Shown piece after piece: positions 1 to 12,465 of a stretch of DNA of 64,000 nucleotides (position 1 is its first letter; each line of letters opens with the position of its first letter). The notes under the pieces are model-generated. The model saw only the letters and a list, made by a program, of their open reading frames with translations, was not told where the DNA came from and searched no databases. A program made the position numbers and the translations under genes. Source of the stretch: Podospora anserina (Eukaryota); NCBI GenBank assembly GCA_017654855.1, contig CM030333.1, positions 1,116,001 through 1,180,000 of the forward strand, read 5' to 3'.

Positions 1-1546
1 GCTCTGCATGCGCAAAGTCCAAACACAGCTGTGATCTTGGCACTCCCCGCTGCTCCCGCTGTGTCAAACGCAAGGTCCAGTGTTTGTATGCAAATGAACC
101 CTTGACTGCCCCTCAAAAGAAGACAATCATCCTCCCCCTTGGCACCAGGTTCTCGTCTGTTGATCCTTTCGAGTCCTACCCGCAGACCAGACTGCCCCGA
201 GGCCACGTCCAGCGTCTCATTCACAGCTTTCTCCACAAGATTGCCTTTCAATACTACCCTCTGGATCTCAGCCCAACCTCGAACCCCTTTCTGGTGTCTT
301 GGTGGCCCCAAGCGCTCGGTGATCCAGCCCTGTTTCACGTCTCACTACAGACGGCATGCCTCGACGAGGAGCTGCTGGCCCAGAGGGGGTTTCAGGCTTC
401 GACGGTGCTCATGGCTGATTCAGTGGCATTGCTGCGCCGAAAGGTCGAAGACTCGGCTCTTGCAGTCCAAGACGGGACCATGAACTCTGTTATCACGCTG
501 GCGGCTATCGAGGTGAGCCATTGCCATCACTTGTATGGGCCTATTGGCTAATTGCCCTGGCCAGTTTGGGAAAGGCAACACGAGGGTTAGTGAGATGCAT
601 GTGGCTGGAGTCAAGAGACTGGTCGACCTACGAGGCGGCATCAGCTTTGTAAGGCGAACGAGTCCACTTACAGCGAGGATGGTCAGTTGGTGAGTTTTTC
701 TCTTCATCACCCACAGCACATCGTACCTCTAACTCTGCCAGGGTATCACTGCTCGTCATGGGCCATCCACAATTCGACACTCAAGACGACGCCGGCATTG
801 GAGACGGCATACCTCCAATACCAGAATGGCGGCTGGACTTGCCCATTCTCGAGGACCAACTTGGCAACCTCAATATCGACCATCCCGTCAAGAACGTTCT
901 CACACGCCTTCGCTGCGTTTTTGAACGGGCACAATCCGCCCCATTCCCCAACACACGACTGCACGACCTCACATGCTTTGCAGTACACCGTCTCTTGCTC
1001 ACCGCCGCTGGGGCCCATGTATCATCGCCCGCGACCGAGTGCATCCGTTACGGCATTGTTCTCTACATGTTCATCATCCAGGGGCCAACCTACTTCTCCC
1101 ACGCCGCGCTCATGAACAAACTAGTCACCAACCTGAGGCAACACCTCGAGCAGCAGCAATTCGAGTTCGCAGCACACCAAGACGTCAACGTCTGGCTTGC
1201 CGCAGTCGGGCTGGTAGCCTCCGCCAACAACACGGCTCACTACGAGTGGTTCGCCGAACGAGCACGGGCGGCATCAGCTTCGTTGCAATTACGCAGCTGG
1301 ACCGACACACTATCTTGCATCAAGAGGGTGCTCTGGCTCGAGAGGGTACACAGCGAAGGCATTTTCCGACCACATTGGGACATGTTTTTTATATCAAGCC
1401 ACAATGACGTGACCACTACAGATATCAGCCAGCCGACAACGCCCCGTTCACTAGTAGCGATACGGTCACTGCCAAGGGGATCACCGCCAGGGAAAAAGCA
1501 GAGCGGTGTTGTGACTAGCAGTATGGATGTCATAGGTTTTGGGTAG
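1..1546 (+). CDS. Fungal-specific transcription factor domain protein (Fungal_trans_2/DUF3468-like), 5'-partial
   Basis: Splicing introns 513-564 (GTGAGC..CTAAT..CAG) and 690-741 (GTGAGT..CTAAC..CAG) joins ORFs 84-551 and 758-1546 in frame. The product reads DPFESYP...WWPQALGDPALFH...AAIE|FGKGN..HVAGVKRLVDLRGG..., typical of this family. The N-terminus and any Zn2Cys6 domain probably lie upstream of the window. Confidence 0.75.
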
Positions 1547-1725
1547 ACATTTGGGCTTTAATGAAGAGAAAAAAAAAAAACCGTATGACCCTACTACTAG
1601 TTTCATGCTGCTTGAAAAAACTTTAAATTTGACATATGTAGGATAAGGTAATATCTATCTAGTGGTATCCCTATATCGATCAGTTGTTTTGAAAACCCCT
1701 CACCACGCACCCCCCAATCCCATTT

Positions 1726-3322
1726 TCAACCAGACGCCAGCGGCACCCTACTCGCCCTACTACCATCCCCCATCTCAACCTCCCACCTCCCTTCCTTCTC
1801 TCCCCTAACCCTAACCACGACCTCCACATCCCGCTTGGGATTTAAAACAGTAACCGGATCAGCAAACTCCAACTCCGGCTTCTCCTCCCACTCTGTCCCC
1901 TCAGCAGGGTGGATATCAGTCCTGACAACCAGCATAGCCACCAAAATCAATATCTCCGTCGCGGCGAACTGCCTCGCAGGACAGAGATGCGGCGGGGCGC
2001 CCCAAGCAAGAAAATCCGCACCGCCCCTTTTGAGATTTGGATCCATGAACCGCTCAGGAACGAAATCTCGAGCGGTCGGGCCGTAGGTGGATTGGGAGTA
2101 GTGGATTGCGTGGCCTGGCATCTGGAGGTAGTTCCCTTCCTTCAGCAAAACCTTGCCGCTGTCCAAAAGAGTGTTGGTTGTGACTTTCCGGATGGCGGCG
2201 TGGATGTGTCTTGTCCGTTGGGTTTCTTGAAAGGTGGAGAGGAGGAGCGGGCACGAGGTTTTGAGGTTGGTCAGGTTGAGGATGTGACGAGGGCCGGAGG
2301 TGGTGATGGCAAAAGTGAGGATTTCGGAGCGGATCGAGGACAAAAGAGCAGGCCGGGAAAAAATCTCGTAGATGGTCCAGAAAAAGGTCGGGACTGTGTT
2401 GGAGAGCATTCCTATTGGGAGTGTGGCTTGTTGTTTGGAGGCTTCTGACACGGAAAGGCCAGAGGAGAGGAGGCACTGCCAGCGGGAGAGGAAGAGGGAG
2501 GAGGTGTCCGGGGGGATGGAGGTGCAGTATTTTGCGTGGGCGGCAAAGACGACGGCTCGGGCATGGTAGCCGTGGGAGAGGATGTCAAAATTGATTCCTG
2601 AGATGTGGGCTGATAGGTGGGCGTGCCAGGCCCTGGGGGGGGGAGGATGTCAGCAAGGGTTGACGAGGGAGGGAGAAGGGGGGGGGGTTAGGTGTGTACC
2701 AAAAAGCTTCATAAACCTTGTCATCGAGAAACGGGTGTTGATTCCCATAAACACCACAGCTACTCGCCTGCGTGATAGCAAACCTCGCCCACTCGAGCAG
2801 TTTGATTTTTTTATCTTTCCCATCCCCAAGCAAGAGATCCAAATCAACCAGTGCCCGTTGTGCCATCCTCATATTCATCTCATCCAGCTGCGGCCCGGGA
2901 GCCAGACTCGTCTTCATGACATGGCTAAACTCAGTAATGAGATCAGTCTCACGAAACAACCTGTCAGTCTCATCATTTGCGTCACCCCATTTTCTAGCCA
3001 CCGTCTGGATCATTGGCCGGAACGAAAGGGCCCTGCTCTGGCGTTGGATCAACGGCAGCAGCCGGGTGGACACGGAGGTGTAGAGTTTGTAATTGAGGAT
3101 CCCGAGCGTGTAAATCTCGGTGGTTTCATCATTGCGGATGACGCTGTGGTAGGAAGGACCGCTGACGATGATGCCGATGAGGTGTCCAATCAGCGGTATC
3201 CTCGCCCGCAGGCGGGGAGGTTCCTTTGGGTCGTCGTTCCAGGCGAGCAGGTAATCTGCTAGATAAGCGAGCGAGACCACGGCGAGGAGAGCGTAGAGTA
3301 TGGTTGTAATCATGTTGATCAT
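1726..3322 (-). CDS. Cytochrome P450 (CYP7/CYP8-like I-helix)
   Basis: N-terminal membrane anchor followed by EPP..IPLIGH. One intron, 2633-2699 (GTACAC..CTGAC..CAG), joins the frames. Motifs: I-helix SNTVPT, ETQR (ExxR), PERF, heme WGAPPHLCPARQFA. Start is ATG 3322 or 3313. Confidence 0.9.
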
Positions 3323-5348
3323 GTTGATCGTCGTTGCACGGCAGGACACAACACACGCCCACCGGGAAAGAGAAGTCTTACTGGAACGAGAGGACGGGAA
3401 CCACAAAGAAGCTTGACAGCTAGCTGAGTGTAACTGCCTGTCCGTGTATCCCAACCTACCTTTGAAGAGGGATCAGGATTGACTGACCGCTCGAGCCCAC
3501 ATACATGTGTGTCCCGGACCAGTTCCTCACATGGAGGGGCTCGAAAATCAAACATTGGATGCCCGAGGATAACATGCTCCCCGCCTCGCTGCGGCACAGC
3601 AGCTATTGGCAATTTGGCCCCCCCCCTCTCCATCATCAACCAAGGCAGTCCCATCGCTTGCATGACCCAAGACAGCAAGAGCATGACATGACTGCAGATA
3701 GCAAAAACCTGCCTGCCTTTTTCTTTTCCATCCACACTTCGCTAAGCTCGCCCAAATCCTGAGGTCCACATATAAGTAAGACCGAGAACGAGCAGCGGAG
3801 TCCGTGGAATCCTTCAAAAGCTTCTCCCAGCTTGGCTTTGTGCAGAAATTCCGTACGCAAGCGCTTACACTGGGAACCGGATCCAACCCTGGAGACGCGG
3901 GGGAACATCCGTTTTGGCCAAGCCAGCAACCTGGAAAGTTCCGGATATATCCTGCGTATCATAGAGCCTCTTCCTCCCACGATTGGTGACACCACACTGG
4001 GGACTTGATTCCTCATGGCCCATAAACAAGGTCGGTGGGGGCGACGATTCCCTTTATTCCCATTAAGCCGAGCGTCAACAAGCTGATAAGCCAGTATCCC
4101 TACGTGTTTTCGGACTGTGTTCCTGTAATGCCACGTTCTCATTGAAGGCCTTGTCCCGCATAGATTGCTGTGCCGCGGGCTGTGCCTGCGTTATTTGATT
4201 TTTATATCAAATTCCCAGTGCGACCTTGACGTTGATGGATGCACACAAAAAGCCCACACACGGATATACAAAGGTATGTAGGTCCTCGCTCGTTCCCCAC
4301 TTACCGTAAGATCTTCTTTATTAGTGTGGTTTGCTCTAGACATCGTCCCTCGGGGAGGGTTCCCTGATGAAGAAAGAGCTCGTACGTACAGTACACTACA
4401 CAACCAAATGAGGGGCTGCGCCGTAGGATCTAGACACTTATGCACATTGCCAATAGTCCTGGCCAGAAAGGTTTGGGGTTGCGGCCGCTTTATGCAGCCA
4501 TGTCCGCGGCTGGAAGGCACACAGAAGCTGGCAGTGTTTGTGGTGCTCCGTCGATGTCGAACTTTGGCTCGATCTGCGTCAACTGACCGAGCTCATGGGA
4601 ATGAGCATAAACCCACGAGGTGTGACACCCGGTTGATGGGTATCACAGCATTCACCTGAAAGCTTGTGTTAGTGATCGTGGTAGGCTGTGTAGCTAGGTC
4701 AGGTCGCTGAGCATGCAAAAGAGTGGCAGGCAATGCCAGGTGGGGGATAAGTAGGTGATATGCAAGAGATTCAAGTATAAACTCGGTGTTGGCGTCAAAG
4801 CTTGTGGTGGTTGGGTGTTAGCTACGTGCAGAACACCGCATCGAGAGCTCGCCATATGCAACGTCCCAGCATCCGGCAATGTAGAAATATATCCAAATCC
4901 GTATTACAGGATGGATGGTTGAAGCGGGAAGCGGCGTGGCACATGCAAACGTGCAATGTCACCACTCCCACGAGGTCGAGAGGACAGTCCGAAACGAGGG
5001 GTGTGTGTTGCAGCAGACTGAGCCGCACATGCACCGATAGGTGTGTGGATTCTCCATCTCGCCGTCGCCTTGCTTCGCACCAGTAAATAGAAGCACATGG
5101 CTCGGGTCATCCAGCTGCTGTGACTGATAGGCGGAAACAGGTCGGCGGATGCGCCCGGGGTTCTCGTGGGCCTTATTCCGGGCTGCAAAGAGTGTTGTTG
5201 GATGACATGATTGCTATGCTCCGGCGGGAGAATCTGGTGTGAGCCATGGTGCCACCTGCCTCCTTTTAAACATAAATTTCGGCCCCTTCGGAAGTGTCTC
5301 GTTCCTTTCCAACCCTGACATCTTCTTGCCGGGCAAATCGTCAGCACC

Positions 5349-7018
5349 ATGGATATCGTCAACAGGTCCTTCGCCAGTGTACTCCCAGAGGGTAGATCAC
5401 TGCCCACCGGGGGCATTGACTCCTCCACCTTCCAATTCTCATCTTCCATTGCAACTGCCATCCTCTGTGGCCTCACACTCTGGTACTGGTGGGCAATCAC
5501 CAAGGCAAAGGCCTCCCGGGACTTCATCGACGGCAATTACAACTTCGATGCCCCCATCATCGGTCCCAAAAATGCTGTCCTGGGCCGTCTAGCCTTCTTC
5601 CGCAATGGCCCAAAGTACATCGCCGAGGGCTATGCCAAGTACAAAGACACCTTCTTCAAGGTATCGGGCAATGATCTGCTGATCGTCCCCAACAAGTACC
5701 TCCAGGAGCTGGCCTCCATGCCCCCTGAGAAGCTCTCTCTCAACACCGCCATCGTGGACGCCTTCCAGCGCCTCCACTCCATCACCAATGTCATCACCGA
5801 CCACAGTCTCCAAACTCGCATGCTCAATGCTCGTCTCACCCCCAGACTGGGTCTCCAAGTGCCGGCAGTCCAGGAGCAGTTCAAGAAGTACCTTCCCGTC
5901 GAACTCCCTGCGAATTCCACCACAGAATGGACCAGCATCAACGCCCTTCACTTGGCCAGGAGAATGGTCCACCGCGGAGTAGCCACCCAGTTCGTCGACG
6001 AGCTCAAGGAGAACGAAGAGTATATCCAGACCGCCATCAACTACTCGGAACACGGTTTCAAGCACAATTTTGCCCTCCGTCTCTTCCCCGACTTTTTCAA
6101 GCCGATTGCCGCCCAGTTCTCTCCAACTTCATGGGGTGTTGACGCCGCACTCCGCAAGGCCAGAAAGATGCTCATCCCCCTCATCCAGAAGCGTCGCATC
6201 CTCGAAAAGGATCCTGACTATAAGAAGCCAGAGGACTTCTTGCAGTACCTCATGGACGGCGGCATTGCCGAAGGCGATAGCGACGAGATCACCGTCCAGA
6301 GATTGATGGTGACGTATCTCGGTTCCGGCCCGTCCACCATCATTGCCGTGGCCCAGCTCCTGTTTGATCTCTGCGTGCACAGCGAGTACGTCGAGGTGCT
6401 GAGGGAGGAGATTATCCAAGTCTTGACTGAACACAACGGGTTTACTCACACCGCCCTGGCCGAGATGAAGAAGCTGGACAGCTTTATGCGTGAGTCGCAG
6501 AGGCTCAGTCCGCCTACTCTTTGTAAGTCTCTTTTTCCCTATTCAATCCATGATCAACTGAGACTGACACCGCCTCAGTGGGCTTCAACGCCATAGTCCG
6601 CTCCGACATCGTCCTCCACGACGGTGTCGTTCTCCCCAACGGCTGCCACATCCAAATGGCCACCTACGCCATCGGCATGGACCCGGAGAAGAACGGCCCC
6701 GACCCCGAGAAGTTTGATGGTTTGCGCCAGTACAACAAGCGGAAGCTCCCAGGCCAGGAGAAGATCCACCGGTTTACTACTACTGCTGACAACAACCTCC
6801 ATTTCGGTCACGGCAAGATTGTGTGCCCGGGGAGGTTTTTTGCTGATCACTCGATGAAGATGATTGCGGCGAACATTCTGTTGAGATATGACTTGCAGTT
6901 CCCCGGGGGGAAGAAGGAGAGGCCGGGGAATACGAGTATGTATGATGTGTTGATTCCGGACTTGGGGACGTGTGTTGAGTTTAGGTTGAGGGAGGATGCG
7001 GGGAGGTGGAATTGGTAG
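5349..7018 (+). CDS. Cytochrome P450 (resembles fungal secondary-metabolism, ent-kaurene-oxidase-like CYPs)
   Basis: Exons 5349-6522 and 6579-7018, intron 6523-6578 (GTAAGT..CTGAC..CAG). Motifs: MKKLDSFMRESQRLSP (ExxR), DPEKFDGLR, heme FGHGKIVCPGRFFA. Confidence 0.92.
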
Positions 7019-8726
7019 AGTCCTGTCTGAGGTTGTTAGCGTGACATGGATGGTTGAAGTGTCGGGTTGAGGTTGTTGATCGGCTGGGAAAGAGACCATT
7101 GGGAGGAAGGGTAATTGTAGACAAATAGGGAAAAAAAAAGATGAATTTCCATATGACCGGAGTAGTTAAGCCACGGTTAGTATTTTTGGTGATACTAAGA
7201 ATGGGACTCGAGGTGAAACTAAAAGGTACAATGGTTGGTTTATGTGGCTGCTCGACAACCCTAACCCACGTTTGACATCATGTCTCTTGGGACAACCCTA
7301 ACCCTCATATTCTGTGATTTCATCTGAAATCTTCACCTCTCAACGACATTTCTCACTCTCAACCTCGTGATTCTTCTCGTGATATGGAGAGAGAGCCACA
7401 TCTTACGTACACACTGCACTATCCACATAATGCGCCACACTCTCGTCGTGTTCTTCTCGCCCGACCAAGCCACTGCGCCACACCTAATCTTTTAGCTGAT
7501 CAAGTGATGTCATGGGCACATGCAACCACTTGTGGCTGCCTCCCGCGCCAGCGCATACGTCACTGGGGTTGTCGGCGCGTCCGTGCCCAAAGCTTGGGGA
7601 CGGGAGGCTTTGAAGAATCGCGAGCGAACGCGCAATCATTATTCAATTGGCCAAGGAAGCTATGATATCAAGGAGGGGAATTCGCCTGGGGCAAAAGCCT
7701 TGGACTACGTTTTGCGATTTTGGGATGGTTGGTTTTGCTGTTTTAACGTTGAACTAACTGGCGGGGTAGCTAGCTTTGTGAGACGGGGCGGTTTGGTGGC
7801 TGGAACTACACGATGATGATGGTGATTTGTTGGGGAATGTTAGAGGGGGAAATTATCTGGGGGGGGGGATGTGAAACGGGGGACGAAAATAGATGTTGTC
7901 AAGAGTACTTTTGATGGGGGGAGGATGGTGAAAGGTGAGGTGGTTGGCTGTTGTCAGCCCTAGAGAGCTGGAGCTGTAGCTGGATATGCGGCACAAGGCT
8001 TCTGGACTTTTGGACCCTTGTCACGTCATAAACCTGCCCTCTTTTATTAGCAGAAAAGTCGACGGCGTCAAGACGGGTTTTTGGTGCCGGGTGGGTTGGG
8101 CGGTGCCGGTTCAACCGTCTTGGGGGGCTTCCCGAAGGCGATGGTGGAATCCAAGGTTTGGGTAGTGTATTTTCTGCTGGAAGAACGGTGATGGTTTGTG
8201 TATGACGCGTATAGTGAAACCTGGATAGAAGAATTCCAGTTGAGGTTGCCGGCGAGCAAGCACACCAGGCTGTGTACACACCACAGCATCTTATGACCTA
8301 CCTTTGAAAAAAGGTGACCTCTCACCGCAACGGGCACACGGGTTACGGCACGGGAAAGCTTCAAGGCAAAGGGACCCGCTCGTGGGTCAAGAGTGGACTT
8401 GGGCCTTGGCAGGCGGTAAAGCCAGCCATGGCATGAGATCGATCAACGGTGCGCTGCCCTGGTGTGCTGCGGGAAGGTAGAGTTGGACCAGGTCCCCAGT
8501 TTCCTTGCTGGGGTGGCTGCCCGGGCTGGTGCTGTCGCCTGACGTATGAAAGGTATTTAACTAACCTGACCTGACCTGGATTTTGCTTTTCGGGTCCTCT
8601 CTCTTTGTTTCTTCATACCCCAACACATACCAACAATCACAGAACGAACCGTTTTCGATCAACAAATATCGATACCATCTACACCTACCAGTTTTACACA
8701 CAACTCAAACAAACAACACCATCAAC

Positions 8727-8955
8727 ATGCCTTTCACCGGTTCTGACATCTGCAAGATCATCTTCGCCGTCTTGCTCCCTCCTCTTGGAGTTTTCCTCGA
8801 GCGCGGCTGCGGTGCTGACCTCTTGATCAACCTCCTCTTGACGATCCTTGGTGTATGTGCCCTTTCTTCACCTTCGATCTTTTTCTATCCCACTAACATA
8901 AATCCAGTACATCCCCGGCATCGTCCACGCCCTCTACATCATTTGCAAATACTAG
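8727..8955 (+). CDS. PMP3: Plasma membrane proteolipid 3 (Pmp3/UPF0057), 57 aa
   Basis: MPFTGSDICKIIFAVLLPPLGVFLERGCGADLLINLLLTILG|YIPGIVHALYIICKY*, with intron 8853-8907 (GTATGT..CTAAC..CAG). Confidence 0.95.
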
Positions 8956-10283
8956 TCTCGTCCCCTCACACAAAAACCGCCCAACTGAATTCTCACCGAT
9001 AGCAACGCAAAACTCACCGTCGGGGAAGAAAAATGAGGTTGGGCGGTGGAGGAGGAGGGGACCGACGGGAAGATGGGCGGAAGAAAACCAATGACTTAAT
9101 TGCGCTTTCTCCAAGCCTGCGCCGCTGACGCTGACCGCCCTTGCGCACCTTACCAACCGCCGCACGACCCCGCTATCTTTTGTTCGGTGGGCTGAGCTAC
9201 CCCTAGCTTCAGCGCCAAGAAACCTCGGCAATCGATGGTATGACAATTTCTAAGATCGGGACTACCGGTGGTGGTATCAACGGCAGTGGGAACGGTGCGG
9301 AATCCGGGGACCGTTAATTTTTGTTCTTTGGAACAAGGAGTGGATAATGACTTTACGGCTCTTGTTTTTTTGTTGTTTTCAGTTTTCTGAGCGAGGGTTT
9401 ACTCAAGTAATTGCTAGCTTGGGAAGGAAGAAAGGCGAGGAGGAAAGGAAGTGGTGGTTGTAATAACTCACGATACCCGTTGTTTTGAGAATTGAAGATA
9501 TTATCGTCTCATGATTTCGTGAATGTTGAATAAACTTGTTCGCAGTGACTCACATGTTTAGACGGGCGGTCCATGACGTTCCGGATTGATATCGGTCTCG
9601 TATGTTTACAGAGAGCTCTGACAACATCACAGCCCAGCCAAAAGTTTTGATGGAATTTTCGACTATGTATATAGCAAGTGTTATTATCTTGCCAAACTGG
9701 TCCATTCAAAACATGGTTTCCCGTCGTCATAAGTTCTCGCTATCTCTTTCTCCCCTATACTCTTACTCACAACCTCACATACTCCCTGTTATATAGTGAC
9801 AGTGTCTTACATAACCCACCTTTCCTATGTCGATAATTTGTCTTGTTTTTCTACAGGGGCGATAAACCTCAGCATCAAACTGAACAAGGGGCCAGACGGG
9901 GTATATAACATTGCTGCCTCTGATAATCAGATCTGGAAAGGCTGATATGGTCGCTGGTATCTCATAACTCGCAGGCCCAGAGTCTCAAAGAGAGGTGAAT
10001 GTGAATAAGTCCTATAACTAGCATCAACCGGTTGCAACCAACATTGGCAATTCGCTATGCCTGCTGTTATACATTTATATTCCAACACCATCCCGATCTA
10101 CCTATCCTGCCGCAAGGACTCGTAGTACGCCTGTAGAATATATGAATTCCATAGTCGCAGATCACAACGCTCTCAGCCCCATCTAACAGTTCCATGGAAT
10201 CGTCGCCGTAGCGTCAAGATACCACCCACTCGTCTCAATATCCTCCCTGTATGATACTCCGCTCTGTATGCCATGCACCCGAT

Positions 10284-11811
10284 CTACTTACCAACCTTGA
10301 AAGACAAAATCTAAGAAACCGTTAGCAACCCACCGCACCTCTCCCGAATCAAAAAGCACCGCAACAAAGCAACTCACATCGTTCTTCCCAACCGCCACCA
10401 ACTGATCCTCCGCAACCCTCAACCCCCCAGCCCCCTCAATATACGCAATCGGCGCATCCCCCATCACCTTCCTCGCCACATCCCCCACCGTCGACCCCTT
10501 CTTCACCAGCACACAATCCCTAAACACCCCCTTATTACTCCCCATCCCCTCCCCCACACCCCCCGACCCAAAGGTAGCAATATTCCTCACCGGAAAAACC
10601 GGCACAAGCCCCAGAATCTCGGCCGCCTTCGTCAGGACATGCACCACGCCCGTAGACCCAAACCGGTAGAGAACCATATCCTTGAGGTTCTCTATCCTGT
10701 TCCTGTTCTTCTCGTCGAGCTCTTTAAGCCCACCACCGTCCGGATCCCCATCTGCTATCAAGTCCTCTCTCGTGTCGACAAACTCTGATCCTTCCGTGTA
10801 GCGGATATAGCCTTGCTTGGCCATCTTCCTGAGAAAAATCTCCGAAATGGCCGAGCAGAGCACGATCGAATTGGGGTCTTGCTGCTTGGCGATTTTGGCA
10901 ATGTTCTTGTCCGCATCGGGGTGGTCGATTTTGTTGAGGGCGATGACGGTGGGGAATTTCTCATCTGTAAAAGCGTTTACCACGCGGTCGATGGTTTCAT
11001 CTATTGCCATATTAGAAAGGAGGAGGAAAAAAAGGAAAAAAAAAAAAAAACAAAGGGGAACAAACCACTCCACTCCTCCAATGGCTCCTTCAGTCCCAAC
11101 TTATCCAACGTTCTTGCCACCACAGCGCTCGTACTCCCGTACCCGGAGAACTGGTTCTGTAGGGTTTCTACTGCGGTCGCCTTGACGGCGATGTGTCTTC
11201 TTTTGATGCTTCCCCATTTCGTCATGAGATTCCCCCTGATCCAGGCTACAATCTCGCTTCGTAACCAGGCGATGTCGACGGAGGGGTCGTAGCCCCGGGT
11301 TACTTTGCCTTCTGCATCGGTGGTGCCCGAGGCGTCGACGACGTGGATGAGGGCGTCGGCGTGGCGGAGGTCGTCGAGGAATTTGTTACCGAGGCCTTTG
11401 CCTTCGTGCGCGCCGGGGACGAGACCGGCTACGTCGAGGAGCTCGATGGGGACGGAGCGGCGGCCGTTGTCGCAGGAGCCGTAGTTTGGCTTGCATTTGT
11501 CGGTTAGGTTGTAGCGGGTGCAGGCGCAGTCAATTTGGAGGTAGCCTATTGCGCGTTGGGGGTCTATGGTTGTGAAGCTAGTGGGCGAGTTGGGGGTTAG
11601 TTATGGGAGAGAGATTGGGAGGGAGAGAGAGAGAGGTCGTACGGGAAGTTTCCTACGGCGGTATCAGCCTCTGGAGCTTGGGAAAGCAAGGGTTTGTTTT
11701 GTTCTGTCTCTACCCACCAACTTTGGAGGAGGCATCTGTGAGGGAGTTGAGGGTGCTTGATTTGCCGGCGCTGGGCTTGCCCACGAGGCCGATGAGGGGG
11801 TCTCGAGGCAT
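10284..11811 (-). CDS. Obg-family GTP-binding protein (YGR210C-like)
   Basis: Exons 11811-11718, 11652-11643, 11577-11066, 11000-10378, 10310-10284. Motifs: G1 [10 protein letters not shown]2 NFPFTT, G3 DVAG, G4 NKID, Cys-containing insert and a TGS-like C-terminus. Confidence 0.93.
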
Positions 11812-12465
11812 GGTGGACGTTTGTCAAATCTGGTGGGAGGGAGGTTTCGTATTTAGGGTATATATCAGGAGATGGGGCCGGTATTGAGAGGTGAGCGGGC
11901 GCGAGGTGGTTTGCGCCGCGAATGTCGTTGCGTGCGATTGAGTGTCCTTGGTTGAAAATATCTGCCCCGCAGTCGTTGATAACGATAACGGGCCGTGGAG
12001 GGGCACAATCGTGGTGTCTCGGGATTGAAATTCAATGTCACCTTCACACATGGCATGTCTGAGGTTTGTTCAGCCTATGAGAAGCATCAATTGAATAGTT
12101 GATGTTTTTGAGTCCAGTGGGTAACCTTCACAGAACAGACTGCTGACTATCGCCAGCCCCATAGGTCCTCGAGAAGGTTGATCTGTAGGTCCCACCAGCA
12201 AACGGACAATCTAAGAGCATACACCGTCATGACCAATTTAAGAGTTTCGAATGTTTACTGAATTCTATTGCATTTGAGCGGGTAATAATTTGGCGGAAGG
12301 AAGCGATCACCAATACCGGCATCGACCGAGGAAAGGCACATTCGAGCGAGAGTAACTGCATTTGTTTCAAGTCCAGTGGAGTCGGTCATTCTTAGACCAA
12401 CCGGCAATCAAGGCTGTTGGTCAGCACAATCACAAGCTTGAGAACTAAACAAACAAAAACCCGCC

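Noticed and set aside
7255-7285. CCCTAACCC telomere-like motifs (also near 1803 and 52920)
   Set aside because: Only 1.5-2 units each, one inside coding sequence. Not an interstitial telomere array.
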